From the NCBI GenBank assembly GCA_963833505.1, contig CAWHYG010000007.1, positions 1,641 through 65,640 on the forward strand: a DNA stretch of 64,000 nt. Reading direction: 5' to 3'. This stretch comes from Candidatus Eiseniibacteriota bacterium (lineage in GTDB: Bacteria > Eisenbacteria > RBG-16-71-46 > CAIMUX01). Both the position numbers and the translations under genes were made by a program. This document shows positions 58,311 to 64,000 of the stretch, piece after piece; position 1 is the first letter of the stretch, and each line of letters starts with the position of its first letter. Under the pieces are notes generated by a model that searched no databases, was not told the origin of the DNA, and worked only from the letters and a program-made list of their open reading frames with translations.

Positions 58311-58445
58311 CTACCTGAATAACAGCAACTTCCGATTCGCCGAACCATCCGCCATGGTGAGGCGAGCCAGATAGATCCCGCTCTGGGCCACGGCGCCCCG
58401 GTCGGTTTGTCCGTTCCACAGGATCGAGTGTTCGCCCGGGGTCAA
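58311..58445 (-). pseudogene. Orphan FlgD-Ig/T9SS-like C-terminal domain fragment
   Basis: Minus strand reads ...LTPGEHSILWNGQTDRGAVAQSGIYLARLTMADGSANRKLLLFR*. It has the CTD signature (W.G.D..G..V.SG.Y..RL...K.LL) and no passenger domain upstream. Confidence 0.45.
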
Positions 58446-58576
58446 CAGCCTGTCGAGTGGATTGCGTGTTGTGTCTTGGCGCGCCGTTGCGCCGTTGTGA
58501 CCCGGCTTTGCCGCTGCCATACTGCCGCGTTTTCGAAAGCCGGAGCTCGGGGCCTGGGCAACACGGGAGTGGAGGT

Positions 58577-61165
58577 ATGAAGCCGCCGTTCGTGGTGATG
58601 AAGTTCGGAGGAACCTCCGTCGCTTCGGCCGAAGGTTGGAAGACGATCTCCCGCCAGGTGTCGGAACGGAGCGGGCGCCATCGCGTAATCCTGGTCTGCT
58701 CCGCCCTGGCCGGAGTCACGGACCAGCTTCTGGCCGCGATCGAACAAGCGAAAGCGGGCGAGGAGCCGGCCGCTCTTCGCTGGATCGAAGAGCGCCACGC
58801 CGCCTTGGCGGTCGCGGGCGGCGCGGGGCCCGAGGCCATCAGCGCGCTCCGCCCGTTTTTCGAGTCCGCCGAACAGCGCCTGCAGGGAATCCGCCTGACC
58901 GGCGAGGCCTCGCCCCGGCTGACGGCCCTTGTCCTGGCCACCGGAGAGCTCGCTTGCACCACCCTCGGGCGTTTCCTTCTCGCCCGTTCCGGCGTGCAGG
59001 CCCGCTGGATCGACGCGCGCGAGCTGGTGGAGACGGTCTCCGCGCCGCGCGCCTCCGCCGAACGCCGCTATCTCGAGGCTTCGGCGCGCCCGCTTTCCGA
59101 TCCCGCGCGAGTGGAGCAGGCGGCATCGGACGCGGATGTGGTTCTTACCCAGGGGTTCATCGCCCGCACCAAGGACGGCGAGACCTGTCTCTTGGGTCGC
59201 GGCGGGAGCGACACCTCGGGCGCGGTCATTGCCGAGCTGGCCGGGGCTGCGCGGCTCGAGATCTGGACCGACGTGCCGGGCCTCTTCACCGCCAATCCGC
59301 GGGAAGTCCCGAGTTCGCGCCTCATCCGCCACATTGGTTACCGCGAGGCGCGCGAGCTGGCCACCCTCGGGGCCAAGGTTCTACACCCCCCGTGCCTCGT
59401 GCCGGTGGAGCGCGCCCGCATTCCGGTGCACGTGCAGAGCACACTCCTGCCCGACGCGCCGGGCACCATCATCGAGCCGGAGAGCGATGATCATCCCGCC
59501 GTCACCGCCGTCACCGGACGCCGGGGCGTGACCCTGCTCACCCTTTCGACCGTGGCCATGTGGGACGTTTCCGGGTTCCTTGCGCGCACCTTCGCCCCGT
59601 TCGAGGAGCTCGGAATCTCCGTCGATCTCGTCGGCACGTCCCAGGCTGCGGTCAGCATCACCATCGATCGCTTGCCGGGCGGGATGGAGGGGGAGCCCTT
59701 CCGCCGGCTGCTCGAACGGCTGCGCGAGCTGGGCGAGGTTCGGGTGGTGCATCCCTGCGCCGTGGTCTCCATCGTCGGACGCCGCATCCGCTCGGTGCTG
59801 CCGGAATTGGGGGGCGCGTTGGCCGCCTTCGCGGAGAAGCCGGTGCACCTGGTGAGCGACTCCTCCGAGGACCTGAACCTCTCGTTCGTGGTCGACGAGG
59901 AGGACGGCGCGGTGCTCGTGCAGCGCCTCCATCAGAAGCTCATGCTCGACCGGGAGGAGAACCCGCGCCTCGGGCCCACCTGGGAGGAGCTGCGCGCTGA
60001 GGGCTCTCCACCTCCCGCCAGCGAGACCGACTGGTGGCGCGCCCGGCGAACGGAGTTGCTGGAGATCTGTTCCGACGGCGACCCGCGCTACGTCTACCAT
60101 CTCCCCACGGTGCGGGCGCGGGCGGAAGTGCTGCGCCGGGAGATTCCGAGCGTCGACCGCTTCTTCTATTCCATGAAGGCCAACCCGCATCCACGGATCC
60201 TGGAGGTCGCAGCCGCCGCCGGGTTCGGCATCGAGTGCGTCTCCGCCGGGGAAATCCGGCGGGCGCGCGAGGTGCTGGGGGAGTCGGTCCCGCTGCTTTT
60301 CACGCCCAACTTCTGCCCGGTCTCCGAGTTCGAGATCGCTCTGAAGGCAGGCGCCGAGGTGACCCTGGACGGGCCGCAGGTCCTGGCCCTGGCCCCGGCC
60401 CTCTTCCGGGGGGTCGAGATCGGCCTGAGGATCGATCCCGGCTTCGGGCTCGGCCACCACGAGAAGGTCCACACCGGAGGCGCGCAGTCGAAATTCGGCC
60501 AGCCGCTTTCCGAGTTGCACGGGCTGCTCGAAGCCGCCTCAGCGGCGGGGACGCGCGTGGCCGGCCTGCACGCGCACATCGGCAGCGGCGTCTTCGATCC
60601 CTCAGCCTGGACGGCGGTGGCGCGCGCGCTCGGCGCCGCTGCCACGCTCGCCGGTCCCTCGCTTCGCTGGCTGGACTTGGGAGGAGGGCTCGGCGTTCCC
60701 GAACGTCCCGGCCAGCCGCCCCTCGACCTGGCCGCGGTGGAGGCGAGCCTCCGCTCGGTGCGCGCGGCTCTCGGCCCGGTTGAGCTGCGGATGGAGCCGG
60801 GACGCTTCCTGGTGAGCGAGGCGGGCGTCCTTGTGGCGCCGGTCACGCAGATCCGGCGCAAGGGGGACAAGACCTTCGTGGGCGCGGCCACGGGGATGAA
60901 TTCGCTCATCCGCCCGGCGCTCTACGGCGCGTGGCACCACATCGTCAACCTGTCCCGTCTGGAGGATCCGACATCCGAGCGCGTGCAGGTGGTCGGACCG
61001 ATCTGCGAGAGCGCCGACGTGCTGGGGCGCGACCGCTGGCTACCGGCGACCAGAAGCGGGGACGTGCTCCTCATCGCCTGTGCCGGGGCCTACGGTGCCG
61101 CCATGGCTTCGCGCTACAACCTCCGGGAGCCCGCCGCGGAAGTCATCCTCGATGTCCTGTGCTGA
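58577..61165 (+). CDS. Bifunctional aspartate kinase / diaminopimelate decarboxylase (LysC-LysA fusion)
   Basis: N-terminus MKPPFVVMKFGGTSV (aspartokinase) with ACT regions. C-terminal PLP fold-III decarboxylase (…FYSMKANPHP…, …HIGSG…, …EPGRFLV…, …CESADVLG…). SD GGAGG before the Met at 58577. Confidence 0.85.
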   Translation: MKPPFVVMKFGGTSVASAEGWKTISRQVSERSGRHRVILVCSALAGVTDQLLAAIEQAKAGEEPAALRWIEERHAALAVAGGAGPEAISALRPFFESAEQRLQGIRLTGEASPRLTALVLATGELACTTLGRFLLARSGVQARWIDARELVETVSAPRASAERRYLEASARPLSDPARVEQAASDADVVLTQGFIARTKDGETCLLGRGGSDTSGAVIAELAGAARLEIWTDVPGLFTANPREVPSSRLIRHIGYREARELATLGAKVLHPPCLVPVERARIPVHVQSTLLPDAPGTIIEPESDDHPAVTAVTGRRGVTLLTLSTVAMWDVSGFLARTFAPFEELGISVDLVGTSQAAVSITIDRLPGGMEGEPFRRLLERLRELGEVRVVHPCAVVSIVGRRIRSVLPELGGALAAFAEKPVHLVSDSSEDLNLSFVVDEEDGAVLVQRLHQKLMLDREENPRLGPTWEELRAEGSPPPASETDWWRARRTELLEICSDGDPRYVYHLPTVRARAEVLRREIPSVDRFFYSMKANPHPRILEVAAAAGFGIECVSAGEIRRAREVLGESVPLLFTPNFCPVSEFEIALKAGAEVTLDGPQVLALAPALFRGVEIGLRIDPGFGLGHHEKVHTGGAQSKFGQPLSELHGLLEAASAAGTRVAGLHAHIGSGVFDPSAWTAVARALGAAATLAGPSLRWLDLGGGLGVPERPGQPPLDLAAVEASLRSVRAALGPVELRMEPGRFLVSEAGVLVAPVTQIRRKGDKTFVGAATGMNSLIRPALYGAWHHIVNLSRLEDPTSERVQVVGPICESADVLGRDRWLPATRSGDVLLIACAGAYGAAMASRYNLREPAAEVILDVLC

Positions 61166-61288
61166 CCTGGCACGGTTGATCGCATCGACGAGATCCGGCC
61201 TGATCCGCTGCCGCAGCAAGGGGTTCATGAATAATGCGAGCTGTGCCGCAGCCGGCGGGAAGCTTCCCGGGGCGGGCTCTCCACGGAT

Positions 61289-61966
61289 TCACGCCGATGC
61301 TTCGCGGCGGGGCCCGGCTTGCGTCTCCGTCGCCCTCCGCTTCAATCGTCCCACCAGGACCCGCATGACCACGATGAAGGGGACCGCGCAGAAGAGGGCG
61401 TATTTCTCATTGAAAAACACGGCCGGAGTGTAGATCGCAAAGAACGCCGGAAGCGCGAGCAGTCTCAATCGGACCAGACGCACCGTGTACCGATCGAGCG
61501 TGGCGTCCACCAATCTGCGCCCGCGGGAGACGTACTCCCAGAAGATGCTCTGCACGATCCCGGTGACGGCCATGGAAGCGGCATAGAAGACAAGGGCCGG
61601 AAGGTAGCGGTGGAACGATCCGAACAGGGCCACGGGAAACGGCAGGAAGGCGACGCAGAGAAGCAGGATGAGGTTGAAGAGGATCAACCGGCCATCGGAG
61701 CGGCGGATGTAGCGGAACATGGTGTGATGCATGTACCAGTAGTAGCCGATGAAGAGAAAACTCAGGGCGAAGGCGAAGAACTTTGGGGTCAACGCTCCGA
61801 TCGCATGAAGGAGCGCGGGTCCGGAGGCGACGGCGTCACGTTCGGGCACCTTGATCTCGAGCACCAAGAGCGTGATCGCGATGGCAAAGACGCCGTCGCT
61901 GAAGAACATCAAGCGTTCCAGCTCGTGGCCGCCGGCGTGTGGGGAATGGGTGTCTGGATGGCTCAT
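61289..61966 (-). CDS. TMEM175/DUF1211-family putative potassium channel
   Basis: ...RLMFFSDGVFAIAITLLVLEI... is the hallmark of the first TM helix of the family, and it recurs in the second half of the protein. Confidence 0.7.
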   Translation of the reverse strand: MSHPDTHSPHAGGHELERLMFFSDGVFAIAITLLVLEIKVPERDAVASGPALLHAIGALTPKFFAFALSFLFIGYYWYMHHTMFRYIRRSDGRLILFNLILLLCVAFLPFPVALFGSFHRYLPALVFYAASMAVTGIVQSIFWEYVSRGRRLVDATLDRYTVRLVRLRLLALPAFFAIYTPAVFFNEKYALFCAVPFIVVMRVLVGRLKRRATETQAGPRREASA

Positions 61967-62022
61967 GACGAATTTCGAAAACTCGTTTCCAAAAGGTGCC
62001 GCCCGATCGGATCAAAGGCGTA

Positions 62023-64000
62023 TCATACACTGGGCTCAGCCACAACCTCGTGGTTCGCGGCGTCGGCCGCCTCGTCCATCGTCAGGGCCTGCCCATGCGC
62101 CCACGCGGCCGCGAACGCCTCCTCGCCGACCGTCCGACGGGAGTCCTCGATGTCACGGTTCCGTGTTTCCTGTTCCTCCGGGGGAGCCGGAGCGCCGATG
62201 TCGGCGCGGATCCGGGCGGCGGCGGCCCACAGGCGCACAGCCTGGATCGGAGCGCTGGTCTGGGCGGCGACGGGCGCGAGCCCTTCGAGGGCGCTGGCGA
62301 TGCCAAGCTGGTTTCCCAGGACCTGGGCAATGCGCAGGCTCTCCAGAAAGCGCGCGCGGGCCAGAGCACGATTGCCCTGGGCCAGGGCGAGAGCGCCCAG
62401 GGTGTGGAGCGTCGTGGCGGATCCGGACCGATCTCCGAGCTCGTTTCGGATCGACAGGGCCTCCTCCCAAAGGGCGCGGGCGGACTCGTGGTCCCCCTGC
62501 AGCATCGCCATGACCCCGAGATTGTGGAGCGAGGCGGCGACGCCCGATCGATCGCCCACTTCGCGCCGGAGGGCGAGGCTTTCCGCCAGGTGCGTTTGGG
62601 CCGATGCGAGGTCGTTCTGCTTCTGGGCGATGAGCGCGAGGTTGTTCAGGGATGAGGCGATGTCGCGCCGTTCTCCGAGCCGCCTCCGGATCCGGAGGCT
62701 CTCCTCGAGCAGCGCCCGGGCCGAGGTCATGTCGCCCTGACAGAAGCTGACCGCACAGAGGTTGTTGAGCGAGGTCGCGATTCCCGTCTGATCGCCGAGC
62801 GTGCGCCGGATGGCAAGGCTCTCCTCGTGCAGCGCCCGCGCCGCGACATAGTCGGCCTGGGCGAAGGCGAGGTTGGCCGCGCCGTTGAGGGCGCGGGCCC
62901 GGGCAGGGAGATCGCCGCCCGAATCACGCGCCAGCGCGCGCGCCATCCGCTCCCGTCCTTCGAAGAAGTGGCCGTGGGTCATCCAGAATGTCTGCAGCGC
63001 CCCGCTCAACCGCAAGCCAAGGGCGCTGCGGGCGGGATCGTCCTCGCTCCACTCCAATGCCGCGCGCAGGTTGCCGTGTTCGGCCTCGAGCCGCGCGAGC
63101 CAGGTCTGCTGGTCCGCTCCCGTCATCTGTGGCGCCGCTGCCTCCGCCAGGGCGAGGAAATGTTCCAGATGGCGGTCCCTCCACTCCGCCGCGTTTCCCC
63201 TCTCCAACAGCCGGTCGTGCGCGTACTGCCGGACCGTTTCCAGAAAACGATAGCGGGACGTCGCCTCCGCCTCCTCGTACAACGCCAGGCTCTTGTCCAC
63301 CAGCGAGGTCAGGAGGTCCAGCACCTCCCATGAATCGAGGCCCTCGCTCTGGCAGACCTTCTCCGCGGACGCCAAAGTCCAGCCGCCGGAGAAGATGGAG
63401 AGCCGGCAGAACAGCTCTTTCTCCGGTTCCTGGAGCAGGTCGTACGACCAGTCGATCAGGGCCCGCAGGGTCTGTTGCCGGGGCAGCGCCGTGCGGCTGC
63501 CGCCGGTGAGAAGCCGGAAGCGACTGTCCAGTCGCGCTTCGATCTGTTCCATCGGGAGGGTGCGCACGCGCGCGGCGGCCAGCTCGATGGCCAGGGGCAG
63601 ACCGTCCAGGCGCCGGCAGACCGAGGCGACAGCGATGGCATTGTGAGCGGTCAAACCGAAGTCCGGCTTGACCGCGGCGGCCCGCTCGAGAAAGAGGCGC
63701 ACCGCGGACGACGCTGCGATCGCATCGGGGGTTTGGGGTCCCTGCGCATCCGGCAGCGGCAACGACGGAACCTTGAAGGAGACCTCTCCGCCGATGCCCA
63801 ACGCTTCGCGGCTGCTCGCAATCAGGCGGAGCGCCGGGCAGGATCTGAGCAGGAGACCGGCCAACTGCGCCGCAGCGTCGATGACATGTTCGCAGTTGTC
63901 GAGCACCAGCAACGCCCGCTTGTCGCCGATGGCGGAGACCAGCGTCTGCGCGATCCCTTCTCCCGGCGTTTCACGGAGCCCGATGGCCGCAGCCGTTGCC
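62023..64000 (-). CDS. STAND-type NTPase C-terminal region with TPR repeats (AfsR/MalT-like regulator), N-terminus beyond window
   Basis: ...RLDGLPLAIELAAARVRTLPMEQI... and ...ELFCRLSIFSGGWTLASAE... (NB-ARC-like arm and winged helix), followed by ~9 TPR units (…SLNNLA…YEEA…). The ORF is open to the window edge. Confidence 0.65.
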   Translation of the reverse strand, partial: ATAAAIGLRETPGEGIAQTLVSAIGDKRALLVLDNCEHVIDAAAQLAGLLLRSCPALRLIASSREALGIGGEVSFKVPSLPLPDAQGPQTPDAIAASSAVRLFLERAAAVKPDFGLTAHNAIAVASVCRRLDGLPLAIELAAARVRTLPMEQIEARLDSRFRLLTGGSRTALPRQQTLRALIDWSYDLLQEPEKELFCRLSIFSGGWTLASAEKVCQSEGLDSWEVLDLLTSLVDKSLALYEEAEATSRYRFLETVRQYAHDRLLERGNAAEWRDRHLEHFLALAEAAAPQMTGADQQTWLARLEAEHGNLRAALEWSEDDPARSALGLRLSGALQTFWMTHGHFFEGRERMARALARDSGGDLPARARALNGAANLAFAQADYVAARALHEESLAIRRTLGDQTGIATSLNNLCAVSFCQGDMTSARALLEESLRIRRRLGERRDIASSLNNLALIAQKQNDLASAQTHLAESLALRREVGDRSGVAASLHNLGVMAMLQGDHESARALWEEALSIRNELGDRSGSATTLHTLGALALAQGNRALARARFLESLRIAQVLGNQLGIASALEGLAPVAAQTSAPIQAVRLWAAAARIRADIGAPAPPEEQETRNRDIEDSRRTVGEEAFAAAWAHGQALTMDEAADAANHEVVAEPSV

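Overview
The window is high-GC (roughly 68-70%), gene-dense bacterial DNA. Several secreted proteins carry FlgD-Ig/T9SS-like C-terminal domains and one ECF sigma factor is of the TIGR02999 type, which points to a Gemmatimonadota-like or related soil lineage; this is inference only. The region looks accessory and partly decaying: there are six IS copies from four families and several apparently inactivated genes. The IS copies are an IS3 remnant, two tandem IS1380-like copies (one truncated), an IS256 element inside an NHL-repeat lipoprotein gene, and two tandem ISL3 elements inside a large chemotaxis-kinase hybrid gene. The inactivated genes include frameshifts in lanT and a radical-SAM gene, and a TGG-to-TAG nonsense codon in the chemotaxis-kinase hybrid. 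The main find is a compact, apparently undescribed class II lanthipeptide operon on the minus strand (9204-17527). It runs lanA (82-aa precursor with a mersacidin/lichenicidin-type leader and an atypical Gly/Ser/Thr-rich core with only two adjacent Cys), lanM (1062 aa), a C39-peptidase/ABC exporter lanT that is frameshifted, then an embedded ECF sigma factor and a kinase-less TPR protein. Other notable features are a 26-bp tandem repeat that forms a relay of three stop-start-overlapping 9-codon mini-ORFs between an AAA-Kelch gene and a Ser/Thr-kinase-AAA gene, and a shared extreme C-terminal motif (RS.TWG[AR][IV][KR].L[YF][ER]) on two unrelated secreted proteins. The window also has orphan C-terminal-domain gene fragments, a ~2-kb FG-GAP tandem repeat array, a two-component system followed by a B12-binding radical SAM enzyme, and a bifunctional aspartate kinase/diaminopimelate decarboxylase. 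No rRNA, tRNA or CRISPR array was recognised by eye.
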